Positions 41,154 to 51,626 of a stretch of DNA of 64,000 nt are shown piece by piece. This stretch comes from Spirochaetia bacterium. Lineage in GTDB: Bacteria; Spirochaetota; Spirochaetia; WTKD01; G963693115. The DNA lies in NCBI GenBank assembly GCA_965226055.1, contig CBDDCA010000006.1, forward strand, positions 288,001 to 352,000, in the 5' to 3' direction. A model generated the notes under the pieces. It worked only from the letters and a program-made list of their open reading frames with translations, was not told where the DNA came from and ran no database searches. How positions within the stretch are numbered: the stretch's first letter is position 1; each line of letters starts with the position of its first letter. Made by a program: the position numbers and the translations under genes.

Positions 41154-42079
41154 GATATATTCTCCTTATAGTTTAAGTTTAACATTTTTTTTATTTCATC
41201 TCTATGTTCTAAAAAGCATTTATCAGCAAATACTTTTAAATTATCCAATCCCTCTACTTTATCTATCTGATGATTTATAGAACTATTAACCCTCAAATAA
41301 TTATCTCCTAAAATAAGGCTACTCATATTTGTGGAAGACTGAGTAGATAATTGTAAAATATATTCTATCAAATTTCCTATTTTCCACCCATTTATAAATC
41401 CCCAACATTTTTTATTTTTATCATATTGTAAGTTAGTATCCCCTGTACCTATTGAAAGTATTTTTATATTCTCTATTTTTTTATTAAATTTTTTCTCTGT
41501 CATTGCTTCGGTTAAACCAATAATAGAAGGATTATTTGCCCATAACCCACCATCTGCTAATAAATATTTATTCTTCATTCTAAAAGGATTAAAATAAATT
41601 GGAGCAGAACAAGAAGATAAAACAGCCTCAGCTAATGGAGTAGTTGCATCTCTAACATATTCATCACTTGATGGATAGTTTGATTTATGAATATACACAG
41701 AACCATTCAGTACATCCGAAGCAATAATCATCAAAGGCTTATCTATCTTTCCTAATTCAATATCTCCAAAAGTTTTACTAAGTATTTTACCTAAATGTTT
41801 ATTATTGTACTTACTCCTAAATAAACCGCATCGAAATATTGTTTTATGAAATATTTTCTTTCCTTCTTCTTCATATATCTTTATCACTTCATCTAAGGAA
41901 ATATCTAGAGCAATAGCACTTGCCAATATTGACCCCGTGCTTGTTCCTACAATTAAATCAAAATACTCTTTTAACTTAATATCAAAACATTCTTCTATTT
42001 TTTTCAGAATAACAGCAGAGTATAAACCTCTTATTCCACCACCATCTAAAGACAAAATTTTAAATTTTTCACTCACCAT
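41150..42079 (-). CDS. capV: Patatin-like phospholipase, CBASS effector (CapV-like)
   Basis: DGGGIRG, GTSTG, SCSAP.YF, DGGLWANNP, LSIGTG; ATGA overlap with the CD-NTase. Confidence 0.88.
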   Translation of the reverse strand: MVSEKFKILSLDGGGIRGLYSAVILKKIEECFDIKLKEYFDLIVGTSTGSILASAIALDISLDEVIKIYEEEGKKIFHKTIFRCGLFRSKYNNKHLGKILSKTFGDIELGKIDKPLMIIASDVLNGSVYIHKSNYPSSDEYVRDATTPLAEAVLSSCSAPIYFNPFRMKNKYLLADGGLWANNPSIIGLTEAMTEKKFNKKIENIKILSIGTGDTNLQYDKNKKCWGFINGWKIGNLIEYILQLSTQSSTNMSSLILGDNYLRVNSSINHQIDKVEGLDNLKVFADKCFLEHRDEIKKMLNLNYKENIS

Positions 42080-42309
42080 AAATCCTATTTCTCTTAATTC
42101 TATTACAGCCTTTTTTTTCTGATAAAATTTCCTTTGCTCCTATATACATACTATCACACTTATTGTTTTTTTGTTAATATGTTTTTATTGTTTTTTAACA
42201 AAAGTTATTAATAACATTTATGCTTTGAAATCGTAACTCACACACTCATACTATTTCTGTTTTTGTAGTATACTATTACTATCTACTAACGAAAATAAAG
42301 GAGATTATT

Positions 42310-43785
42310 ATGCCGCTTAATTTTACTTCTAAAGTATTTAAGAAAGAAAAAGTTATCCTTGCTGATACCACAGAATATCTTGTTCCCGGAGGAAGATCAA
42401 AATTTGAACTTCTCGAAAAAGGGTTTGAAGGTATAAAACAAATTGGGGTTATTGGTTGGGGAAGTCAAGGTCCTGCTCAAGCTATGAATCTACGTGATTC
42501 TCTTGAACACACAAACATCAAAGTTGTACTTGGATTACGAAAAAACAGTACATCATGGAAAAAAGCAGAAAAAGCAAAGTTTACCACCGAAAGCGGTACG
42601 CTTGGAGAAATGTTTTCAGTCATCAAAAAAAGTGATTTGATTGTTCTCTTAATTTCTGATGCTGCTCAAGCAACCTTGTATAAAGAGATATTCAAGGCCA
42701 TTAAACCAAATGCTACCCTAGGACTTTCTCATGGTTTCTTACAAGTGTATTTACAAACACTAGGAGAAGAATTCCCTAAAAATATAAATGTAATTGGAGT
42801 ATGCCCAAAAGGTATGGGACCCTCAGTTAGACGCTTATATGAACAAGGAAAAAAAATAGATGGTGCTGGAATAAACACGAGCTTTGCTGTTCATCAAGAT
42901 GTAACAGGAAAAGCAACCGATTATGCTATTTCATGGGCAGTAGCCTTAGGAGCTCCGTTTAGCTTTTGTACTACGCTCAATAAAGAATGTTTATCTGACA
43001 TATACGGGGAACGTGGTATTTTACTTGGTGCTGTACATGGCATTGTCGAATCGCTGTATAGATATTTTGTTGATAAAGGGATGGAAAAAGACACCGCTTT
43101 CATTAACACAGTAGAAAGTATTACTGGTCCTATTTCACAAAAAATATCCCATGAAGGTATACTAGCTGTATACAAAAGCATGTCAGCTCAAGATAAAAAA
43201 GAATTTGAAAAAGCATATAACGCTAGCTACTTTATTGCAAAAGAAGTACTACAAGAAATCTATGACGAAGTGTCTTCAGGAAATGAAGTTCGTTCTGTAG
43301 TATATGCAATGAAAAGAATGGAAACATATCCTATGGGCATTATTGATAACACAGAAATGTGGACAAAAATAGGAAAAGAAGTACGTGCTAACAGACAAGA
43401 AGAAGCAATACCAATTCACCCTATTACCGCAGGTATTTATATTGCAACCATGATGGCACAAGTGGATATATTATATGAAAACAAGCATTCATATTCTGAG
43501 ATTGTCAACGAGTCTATCATTGAAGCAGTGGATTCACTCAACCCTTACATGCATTTTAAGGGAGTAAGTTACATGGTAGACAACTGTTCAACGACTGCTC
43601 GACTTGGTTCAAGAAAATGGGCTCCACGATTTGACTATATGTTATGTCAAAATACCTATGTGGAACTAGACGGAACTAAAGCTAAAAACTCAAAACCAAT
43701 TACAGCATTCAAAAATCATTCTGTTCACCAAGCAGTGGACACATTACTCAAATATCGTCCTAGCATAGACATTGCAGTAAAATAA
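42310..43785 (+). CDS. ilvC: Ketol-acid reductoisomerase, long plant-like form
   Basis: GVIGWGSQG, LISDAAQ, CPKGMGPSVRRLY, SDIYGERGIL, NESIIEAVDSLNP, NCSTTARLGSRKW. Confidence 0.95.
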   Translation: MPLNFTSKVFKKEKVILADTTEYLVPGGRSKFELLEKGFEGIKQIGVIGWGSQGPAQAMNLRDSLEHTNIKVVLGLRKNSTSWKKAEKAKFTTESGTLGEMFSVIKKSDLIVLLISDAAQATLYKEIFKAIKPNATLGLSHGFLQVYLQTLGEEFPKNINVIGVCPKGMGPSVRRLYEQGKKIDGAGINTSFAVHQDVTGKATDYAISWAVALGAPFSFCTTLNKECLSDIYGERGILLGAVHGIVESLYRYFVDKGMEKDTAFINTVESITGPISQKISHEGILAVYKSMSAQDKKEFEKAYNASYFIAKEVLQEIYDEVSSGNEVRSVVYAMKRMETYPMGIIDNTEMWTKIGKEVRANRQEEAIPIHPITAGIYIATMMAQVDILYENKHSYSEIVNESIIEAVDSLNPYMHFKGVSYMVDNCSTTARLGSRKWAPRFDYMLCQNTYVELDGTKAKNSKPITAFKNHSVHQAVDTLLKYRPSIDIAVK

Positions 43786-43792
43786 CCTCTCT

Positions 43793-43830
43793 TTGTACAT
43801 CTCATATACAATTATGTATGAGATGTACAA
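43793..43830. terminator. Long hairpin between convergent ilvC and crtI
   Basis: TTGTACATCTCATA...TATGAGATGTACAA. Confidence 0.75.
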
Positions 43831-43891
43831 TACTTTCATCGTCATAACTCATTATCATAGCCCGTCACTATAGCTATAGAGAAGCTATCAT

Positions 43892-45367
43892 TTAATTCAG
43901 AGACATATCCTGTAAAACACGATGTGCTGCAAGCTGACCAGAAATGGTAGCCATAGTTGTTCCTGTACCCGGAACAGTGTACTGTCCCGAAAAATAGAGG
44001 TTTTTTACCTTTTTCGAACGATTAGCTAAACGAAATAATGCTGTTTGTGATAAAGTCATTGCTAAACCAAAAGCGTTTCCCTTAAAAGCATTAAATATTG
44101 CTTTATATTCAGATTGACCCTCTATTTTTGAAAATACCGTTGATTCCTGTAAAGAACCTAAACACTGGCCTTGCATTCTTTGTGTTACATTTTCAATTAT
44201 TTTATTACGTTCCACTGGAGTATCAATAAGTCCCGGTGCTAATGGCACTAATGCAAACACAGATTGTACTCCTTTTGACATTGCACTCTCATCTGTTTTT
44301 GCAGGACAATGCACATAAAATAAAGGATTTTTTGGCCACTCTTTTGTTTTATACACTGCATCAATATGAGCATCCCAATCGCTATCAAAAAAGAAAGTAT
44401 GATGAGCAAAGCCTTCCATAGTATCTTTTACTCCTAAAAATACATTTAAGACAGCAGGAGACAAAGGTAGAGCGTTCCATTTTTTTACACTCATCTCACG
44501 TAAAGAAGGTTCTAAGAGAAACTGATCTACAAAATGTCTATCGGCATTTGCTACAACAACATCTGCTTGATAACTTCTCACTGCACTATGAACATAGCGA
44601 ATTTCTCTTGACTTTGTCTCAAGAGACTGCACCTCTTCATTACAACGAATTGTTACCCCCAACTCTCGACACACCTTTGCCATTGCAGTGGGAAGCATAG
44701 AAAATCCTCCACGAGGATACCATGTCCCTAAATTAAAATCAACATGATTAAGAATAGTATAGGCAGCAGGAATATTATAAGGACTTCCTCCTAAAAAAGT
44801 AGTAGGGTACGATAAAATCTTTTGTAATCGTGCATCATACGCTACTTTTCGTATTCGAGAATGATAATTTTTTAATAGCGTCCCCAAAGAATAAAACCGA
44901 AGCACTTGCCACGCAATAGAGAATATATCTCGTCTCTTCCTAAAATTTTTATAAATAATATTCTGCATAAGATACCGATATTCCCGAGCAACTTCACTTA
45001 AAAAGAACTTTAAGCGTGTTCCTGCACCATGTTCTATTTTTTCAAATAGCTCAATAACCGCATTAACAGAACCAGGAACTTCTATACTTTCCCCATCATA
45101 TATGACTTTATACGCTGGATCAAGACGCTGTATATCATAAAATTGTTTTCTATCATACCCTAAGCCAGCAAACCAGTCATCAATTTCATCAGGCATAAGA
45201 TACCAACTAGGACCTAAATCAAAGCGTACTCCTTGTTTTGTCCATTGATGTACTCTTCCTCCCACCCATGAGTTCTTTTCTACTATGGTAACATCGACTC
45301 CATTTTTTGCCAGATAGGCTGCAGCCGATAAGCCACCTAACCCAGCTCCAATAATAATAGCTTTCAT
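43892..45367 (-). CDS. crtI: Phytoene desaturase-family FAD oxidoreductase
   Basis: IIGAGLGGL, EKN..VGGR, FDLGPSWYLMP, GTWYPRGG, HHTFFF, GNAFGL, NLYFSGQYTVPGTG. Confidence 0.88.
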   Translation of the reverse strand: MKAIIIGAGLGGLSAAAYLAKNGVDVTIVEKNSWVGGRVHQWTKQGVRFDLGPSWYLMPDEIDDWFAGLGYDRKQFYDIQRLDPAYKVIYDGESIEVPGSVNAVIELFEKIEHGAGTRLKFFLSEVAREYRYLMQNIIYKNFRKRRDIFSIAWQVLRFYSLGTLLKNYHSRIRKVAYDARLQKILSYPTTFLGGSPYNIPAAYTILNHVDFNLGTWYPRGGFSMLPTAMAKVCRELGVTIRCNEEVQSLETKSREIRYVHSAVRSYQADVVVANADRHFVDQFLLEPSLREMSVKKWNALPLSPAVLNVFLGVKDTMEGFAHHTFFFDSDWDAHIDAVYKTKEWPKNPLFYVHCPAKTDESAMSKGVQSVFALVPLAPGLIDTPVERNKIIENVTQRMQGQCLGSLQESTVFSKIEGQSEYKAIFNAFKGNAFGLAMTLSQTALFRLANRSKKVKNLYFSGQYTVPGTGTTMATISGQLAAHRVLQDMSLN

Positions 45368-45429
45368 TACTATTATAAGGATAGCATATTTAGCATTATA
45401 TCTTTAGTACAATAGTGCCACTCCATTGG

Positions 45430-46209
45430 CTACTCAATAGCGAGCTTCTCCATTGTTATATCACCTTTTGTATCTATACTCAAATGACCAAAAAGCCCCT
45501 TTGCTTTTTCTAATGCTTCTTGTAACATAGCATCTTCTTTTTGCATTTCATCAGCCAGCGCTACCCCTGTTTCCAAAGATACTACCAAAGCACCTTTATG
45601 ATATATTTGTTCTAACTCTTGTCCATCATTAAAACTGCTTGACAACACTTTCTCTGCTACAAAAGAAAAATCTCGAAAAGCATTATCGCTTTGTTCAAAT
45701 ATCACTGGTAAGTTAGAAAGATTTATTGCTCGATACATCCGAAACACAAGATTATCTTCATATGTTTTACTGAGCGTATTAAATGTATTCAGTCCAGCTT
45801 GTACTTCTTTCACAGCATCCTCTATCATTCCCTCTTGTTGCGCTATGCCACCAAGCTGAAAATGTAAACGAGCAAGGGCAAGCTGTATATAAAAATCATC
45901 ACTGTTAGCAGTACTAAGATAGGTTTCTCCTACTTGGATAGCATGTTCTATTATTGCTTTATTCTTCCGCTTATCATTAAACGCATACTGCTCTTGTTCA
46001 CGAATAATACCAATAACAAACTTTCTTTGTACCATAGTATCACTTGCATTCTGTTCTACACTTGTTTTCAACTCTTTTGCTACAGGGGAAAGCGTCTCTT
46101 TTGACAACACTATCCGTAGTACCACAAACAATACAATCCCTACAACAATGGCGAGGAACACATATTTCTTAATTTTTCTTATGAGTATTTTCTTTTCTTT
46201 TTCTGTCAT
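45430..46209 (-). CDS. Membrane-anchored helical (TPR-like) protein
   Basis: N-terminal TM; RMYRAINLSNLPVIF; AAGGAG RBS. Confidence 0.65.
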   Translation of the reverse strand: MTEKEKKILIRKIKKYVFLAIVVGIVLFVVLRIVLSKETLSPVAKELKTSVEQNASDTMVQRKFVIGIIREQEQYAFNDKRKNKAIIEHAIQVGETYLSTANSDDFYIQLALARLHFQLGGIAQQEGMIEDAVKEVQAGLNTFNTLSKTYEDNLVFRMYRAINLSNLPVIFEQSDNAFRDFSFVAEKVLSSSFNDGQELEQIYHKGALVVSLETGVALADEMQKEDAMLQEALEKAKGLFGHLSIDTKGDITMEKLAIE

Positions 46210-46223
46210 ATAATCTCCTTATA

Positions 46224-47786
46224 TTAAAATAATAATTTACTGTATATTTGTATTGTAAAAACATCAGTGAGTTCAGTAAAAGCACCGCCTTCTATCCCAA
46301 AATTATACTGTAACTCTGTCCCTAAGGTTATCACTTCTATCCCTTCCCATTCAAAGCCACTTATCCATGAAAAAGTAGTATCAAAAGGGCTGTACACCAG
46401 TGTAGTTTCTATATTAAATCGCTGTGCAGAAAATCGAGAGAACACATCATCTCGTGATAACTGCAACAAAAAATACAGAGGACGAACACGAATTGGAGAA
46501 TACAAAAATAAACTATTTCCTATAAGCCCAGTGTACGAAGCTCGAAAAGGATTGTTCCTATTTTCCATATCCTTATAAAGCGCAGAAAGATCATCTCTAT
46601 ATACTTGCCAATCATCATTATTTAGCCCTTTTCCATTATAGTATGTTTCAAACAAGAGAGTAAAAAAACTGACACTATCAACAGTGAGCGTATACTGTAT
46701 CCCTACTACTCCTTCAACAAATATGCCCTCATCTGCTTCTTGTTTTATACTATATCTATCTACAGAAGTATCAGGAGACAGAGCTATTGTAGCATCCTTT
46801 TTTATTCTACGCAACTCATTCTTAAAACTCATACCCCACTCTGTATGAACAGTAATATCATCGTTCAATGTCGCTGATATATCAGCCCCAATAAAAGAAC
46901 TATCATCATAAAAATAAATGAGTGAAGGCACAAATGCATACCATTGTGCATAGCTTACCTTTCCTAAAAAAGAATGGTAAGGTCTATCAAATTCTCGAAA
47001 CCCAGTCTCTAACTTTGGCAAATACGCAAACTCAATAAACATAAGAGAAGTTGATATATTTGTAGAAAATTGCCATGCTCCTATTTCATCTTTACTGCCT
47101 ACTGGAAAATCAAACGCAGAAAATGGCATATCGCTGGAATAATCTGGTACTTGTAAACGCTTTACCCACGCAGTATATTCTCCTGGCTTATAGACAAGAG
47201 GGTTAGATGGATTAACAATAAACGCTGAACCTGAACGAAATTGAGATTTCCCTACCTTGAAATTCACCATATCTGCAATGCTAACATCAACAAAAGCCTC
47301 ATTGATTTCAAGCCCTAAAAATGTCTCAATATCAAACACATCACTCTTTGTATCCCATTCTTTATCCTTTCCTTCTAAAAACAAACGATAATCAAGAAGA
47401 AACTTAAACCAACGTTCAGCATTACGATATTGAATAAAACTGCCAAGCAACATTGTATTTTTGAGTGGAGTAACAAATATATGCTTATCTTTATTAAGAG
47501 AGCTTTCATTTCTTTGTACAGGGGTATAGAATAATCTCTCTTCTATAGAAAAACTGAGTAGCATAGTAGAAGAAGTGGCTGTTGGAGAAATAGTACTTAT
47601 TGTATCAATAGTATCAGTATCTGCTCTCTCTGAACTATCAAGTGTTTCACTATCGTTCTCTTCTTCTTGTTCCACAGAAAAAGAATCATCCAAGAAAGTA
47701 TCATCCAAAAACTCCTCTTGCGTATTTCCTATCCTTACAATAGTAACAAAAAACACTACAATGTATACACATATTTGCAATTTCAC
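46224..47786 (-). CDS. Putative outer-membrane beta-barrel protein
   Basis: Signal peptide, acidic linker, EINEAFVD...KVGK..F..G motif, C-terminal F. Confidence 0.7.
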   Translation of the reverse strand: MKLQICVYIVVFFVTIVRIGNTQEEFLDDTFLDDSFSVEQEEENDSETLDSSERADTDTIDTISTISPTATSSTMLLSFSIEERLFYTPVQRNESSLNKDKHIFVTPLKNTMLLGSFIQYRNAERWFKFLLDYRLFLEGKDKEWDTKSDVFDIETFLGLEINEAFVDVSIADMVNFKVGKSQFRSGSAFIVNPSNPLVYKPGEYTAWVKRLQVPDYSSDMPFSAFDFPVGSKDEIGAWQFSTNISTSLMFIEFAYLPKLETGFREFDRPYHSFLGKVSYAQWYAFVPSLIYFYDDSSFIGADISATLNDDITVHTEWGMSFKNELRRIKKDATIALSPDTSVDRYSIKQEADEGIFVEGVVGIQYTLTVDSVSFFTLLFETYYNGKGLNNDDWQVYRDDLSALYKDMENRNNPFRASYTGLIGNSLFLYSPIRVRPLYFLLQLSRDDVFSRFSAQRFNIETTLVYSPFDTTFSWISGFEWEGIEVITLGTELQYNFGIEGGAFTELTDVFTIQIYSKLLF

Positions 47787-47817
47787 AGTATCACCACATT
47801 ACTATTCTTATAATCTA

Positions 47818-48711
47818 TTAAAATTCCTTTATACGCTCTGGAGTATATAGAGCTGCATTGAGGGATTCATATAAAATATCATTTACCCGAATATAGGTAA
47901 CTGCACTCTTATTGATACCGTCTACTATTATCCATTCTCTGCTTAATGTTCTGTCTTGTACTTTTCCAAAATTACGATAATACATTGTTTTTAACAAACG
48001 CCCAGAACGACTATAAAATTCTGCTTTTATAGGCTTTTTACTTTTCTGTTCAATAAAATATTCGATTTTCTCATATGCTACTCCATTTTGCTTTTTTGCT
48101 AACACTACTTTATAGGCAGTAACATTTCCTATCGATTCAAAAGAGACTTCAGTAGGATCATAATATTCATTGTAGTTTGTATTAGACACATCAGCATATG
48201 AAGCCCCCCCAATCAATCGTTGAGAGGGAGAAATACGAATAGGGTTTCTTGTGCCAGGCTTAAAAAACCACATATTAAATTCTCGTTGTAATACTAAGGT
48301 ATTAACACTGGTACCTGACAAAAACTGTGAAATAACATAGCGAGAACGAGCATTGTCAATAGGATGTACATAGGTTTTTATATCAGTCTCATTTTTCACT
48401 TGCTTATCTATTGTTTCTTGTATGCTAAGCAGAAAAACAAAATCTTTCTTAATATTTCCTCTATATGTTTCAGATTTTGCAACAAGTGCCTTTGCTATTT
48501 GAAATTGAGCATCACTAAGAAGTTGACTTTGTACTATTCTCTCATACTTTTCTTCCACAAGCACAGACAGTTCATCAAAATCGGTATCATCCAATGTTTG
48601 AGAAAACAAAGAGAGATTACTTGTAATTCCTAACAACATCACACACATAACACATACATACACTTTTTTACTGTTATACCTTTGCTGTAAAAACAGACTA
48701 TTTTTGTTCAT
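47818..48711 (-). CDS. Outer-membrane lipoprotein-sorting (LolA-like) protein
   Basis: MWFFKPG..NPIRISPSQRLIG.ASY.D, AYEKI, EFYSRSGRLLK; start moved to ATG 48711 on AAGGAG RBS. Confidence 0.85.
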   Translation of the reverse strand: MNKNSLFLQQRYNSKKVYVCVMCVMLLGITSNLSLFSQTLDDTDFDELSVLVEEKYERIVQSQLLSDAQFQIAKALVAKSETYRGNIKKDFVFLLSIQETIDKQVKNETDIKTYVHPIDNARSRYVISQFLSGTSVNTLVLQREFNMWFFKPGTRNPIRISPSQRLIGGASYADVSNTNYNEYYDPTEVSFESIGNVTAYKVVLAKKQNGVAYEKIEYFIEQKSKKPIKAEFYSRSGRLLKTMYYRNFGKVQDRTLSREWIIVDGINKSAVTYIRVNDILYESLNAALYTPERIKEF

Positions 48712-48736
48712 ATATACTCCTTGTATATTGACTGTA

Positions 48737-50101
48737 CTACTGATTCTCACGGAGACAGTCAACTATTTTTAAGTTTGCTGCTCTACGAGCGGGGGTAAAG
48801 GAAGCAAGCAACACTGTACCAAAACAGATAAATATACTTTTTGCTATTAAAATATAATAATCAACATTATACTTTACTCTAATATCAAAAGGATAGGGAC
48901 GTGTAAAACCAGGGGGAGAATCTACTGTCAATCCAAGAGAAAACAGTGTATACGCTGTTATGTACACAATAGCCATACCAAGCAGCACACCAAATATTGC
49001 AAGGTACACTCCCTCAATGAGTACGAGAGAAATAAGACTTTTCCCTTTCAGTCCAATAGCCCGAAGAGTACCAAATTCAGAAAAACGTTCATAAACACTC
49101 ATAGTGACAGTGTTTAAGACCAAAAAGATAATAAGAATAAACAGAATAGTACTTACCACAGAATATATATTATTAAACAGTTGTCTTACCTGTAAGTAAT
49201 AGTCTGTCAACTCATCCCAACGATATACTCGTAATCCCCATTCTGGATGATTGGCAACAATACCCTGTATCTTTGCGTATACTGTATTTGTATCTCTCGT
49301 ATCATTCAACATGATTACTAGCTTGTTTACTCCTTTCACACTTAAAATTGATTGAGCAAACCCCACACTTGTTCTGAGTAATACATCTCCAAAATCACGA
49401 GAAAAAGTATCAACTATCCCTATTAATTCTGCATCCAGTACATCTATTCCACCAAAAGGAGTAGTAGAAAGTACCGTAACATAATCACCAATCTCAACTC
49501 CTAGTTGTGAAGCCAAGCCTTTTCCCAGCATCACCTCATCGTCTGCATCTGGATCAAGCTGAGCTCCTTCATTAATATCTAAGGTAGCGGTTATACTACT
49601 ATCCTCTGGTTCTCCTGCTATCCCTAGAAAATTGATACTCTTTTTTCCTGTTGGGCCAGTTACTATCCCGTTGAAATTAATTTCAGTAGTAATAAACTCT
49701 ACAGCTGTGTCTATATCTGGATCTTGCAATAATGTAGCTTCAATTTCTTCATACTCTTCAAACATATACTCCCCAGGAGAAGAACGACCTTTTTCAAAAA
49801 AATCTTCTTTCATAAGAATAATATGCCCCAACTCACTACGGATAGTAGTTTCACGAAGCCCTCTATATGTTTCTAAAAAATAATTTCCTAGTAAAATACT
49901 TCCAGCAACCGCACAGCCAATAGCCACAATAGTGATAATACTTCGTCTTGTGTTTCGAATAACATTTCGCAAGGCAAGCGTACTTTCTGTCCTTACACAT
50001 ATGGCACGTACTAAAAAATATATAAATGCTAATACTCCAATCCCTGCTAAAATCCACTCTATCCAAGTATTTTGTAATCCTAATACATTTGAATATTCCA
50101 T
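48737..50101 (-). CDS. ABC permease, MacB/LolC-E/FtsX type
   Basis: ALRNVIRNTRRS, periplasmic domain, NTVTMSVYERFSEFGTLRAIG, PARRAA. Confidence 0.9.
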   Translation of the reverse strand: MEYSNVLGLQNTWIEWILAGIGVLAFIYFLVRAICVRTESTLALRNVIRNTRRSIITIVAIGCAVAGSILLGNYFLETYRGLRETTIRSELGHIILMKEDFFEKGRSSPGEYMFEEYEEIEATLLQDPDIDTAVEFITTEINFNGIVTGPTGKKSINFLGIAGEPEDSSITATLDINEGAQLDPDADDEVMLGKGLASQLGVEIGDYVTVLSTTPFGGIDVLDAELIGIVDTFSRDFGDVLLRTSVGFAQSILSVKGVNKLVIMLNDTRDTNTVYAKIQGIVANHPEWGLRVYRWDELTDYYLQVRQLFNNIYSVVSTILFILIIFLVLNTVTMSVYERFSEFGTLRAIGLKGKSLISLVLIEGVYLAIFGVLLGMAIVYITAYTLFSLGLTVDSPPGFTRPYPFDIRVKYNVDYYILIAKSIFICFGTVLLASFTPARRAANLKIVDCLRENQ

Positions 50102-50811
50102 TATGCCCCCTTTAAGTACTGTATATCTTTTACTCCCCCATCCTCTAATTGATATATAGTATCCATATAATCAAAAAATCGAGGATCATGAGTAGCAAAC
50201 AAAAATGTAGTATGAAGTGTTTGTTGTAATGTTTTCATTAAGTCCATAATCTTAAATGTTGTCACTGTATCTAAATTAGCAGTAGGTTCATCCGCAATAA
50301 CAAGTACAGGATCTATAACAAGTGCTCTTGCAACAGCAACACGTTGTCGCTGCCCACCAGACAACTCTTTTGGTTTATGGTATATAAATTCACTCAATCC
50401 CACCTCTTCTGTCATATATTCAGCTTTTTCTTTTATCTCTTTTTTTGACATACCCCCTAACAAAGTAAGAGGATATGCAATATTTTCAAGAACATCAAGC
50501 ACAGGAATAAGATTAAAATTTTGAAAAATAAACCCTATATTATTTCCTCTAAACTGAGTCAATTCATCATCTGACATTGTACTCACATCTTTATCATCTA
50601 TAATAATCTTCCCTTCTGTAGGAGTATCTATTGTACCAATCATATTTAGCATGGTGGTTTTACCACAACCAGAAGGCCCAACAAGACTTACAATTTTTCT
50701 TTTTTCTACATGCAAATCTATCCCTTTTACTGCGTGTACCTGCACTTTTCCTAAAGTATAGGTTCGCTTTACATTGTGAGTACTTACGATATATTCTGAT
50801 TTTGTTTCCAC
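50101..50811 (-). CDS. ABC ATPase, LolD/MacB type
   Basis: GPSGCGKTT, IGFIFQNFNL, LSGGQRQRVAVARAL, ADEPTANLD, ATHD. Confidence 0.95.
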   Translation of the reverse strand: METKSEYIVSTHNVKRTYTLGKVQVHAVKGIDLHVEKRKIVSLVGPSGCGKTTMLNMIGTIDTPTEGKIIIDDKDVSTMSDDELTQFRGNNIGFIFQNFNLIPVLDVLENIAYPLTLLGGMSKKEIKEKAEYMTEEVGLSEFIYHKPKELSGGQRQRVAVARALVIDPVLVIADEPTANLDTVTTFKIMDLMKTLQQTLHTTFLFATHDPRFFDYMDTIYQLEDGGVKDIQYLKGA

Positions 50812-50812
50812 A

Positions 50813-51574
50813 TTATTCTCCTTGTATTTCTTTTAATTTAGTATCAACTTCCGTATAAAACAAAGGAGAATTTTTTGAATATTTCTTTGCAATTTCCATA
50901 TTCTTAATGGCAATTTTTATATCTCCTTTATTATGATAATACAGTCCATACGCATAAAACACATTTGCTATTATCAAAGGAGGAATATTATCTACTTTCT
51001 TAAATAATGACAACGCTGTCTTAAGACTTTTAGGTGCTTCTTTCGATACTTTAAGAAATGTTGGCACCACAGCAAACACTCTCCCTCTCAAAAAATAGAG
51101 ATACCCAAGCGTTAAATAATCTTTTTTATTCACTGCCTCAGCCTCTTGTATTGCCTCATCCAGCATCTCTTGCCCTTCTCCAAGCAATGTTACCTTTGGA
51201 AATGGATTAAAAGAGGTGAGCGATCCTGCTATCATAGCACGAGCCGATCCTTTATATGCAAGCATTACAGGAATTTGAAATTCAGCATTATTATCGTAGG
51301 CATTTGCGATAAAATCGTATGCTTCTCTTGCTATTTCTTCACTGTCTAAAAAAGAAGCTCGCCTAAACAACAATATCACTTTTGTTACAACGCTTGCAGT
51401 ATCGCTATCTGTGGGACTAATAGCTTCTACTTTCGCTAGCTCTTTTTCTACCATATCAAGAGGATATGCATGTTCATCTCTAAAAATATATGTATCAACA
51501 TATGTTTGACTAACGCCAGCAGAACACACCATTGTCAATACAATCAATACTAAATATAGTATTCTCTTATTCAT
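50813..51574 (-). CDS. Exported helical (TPR-like) protein
   Basis: Signal peptide; AYKGSARAM...NPFPK...G..MLDEAI...LRGRVFAVVPTFL; C-terminal TPR. Confidence 0.7.
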   Translation of the reverse strand: MNKRILYLVLIVLTMVCSAGVSQTYVDTYIFRDEHAYPLDMVEKELAKVEAISPTDSDTASVVTKVILLFRRASFLDSEEIAREAYDFIANAYDNNAEFQIPVMLAYKGSARAMIAGSLTSFNPFPKVTLLGEGQEMLDEAIQEAEAVNKKDYLTLGYLYFLRGRVFAVVPTFLKVSKEAPKSLKTALSLFKKVDNIPPLIIANVFYAYGLYYHNKGDIKIAIKNMEIAKKYSKNSPLFYTEVDTKLKEIQGE

Positions 51575-51626
51575 TACTATCTCCTTTTACCCAATAATTA
51601 TTATTATACTATCAAGTATATTTATA

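Noticed and set aside
42069-42149. 26-codon upstream ORF with an A8 run overlapping the capV start as a phase switch
   Set aside because: The patatin domain is complete from ATG 42079, and A8 is unremarkable at this composition
38800-42200. Prophage or integrative element carrying CBASS
   Set aside because: No integrase, phage genes or flanking direct repeats found; only a compositional shift
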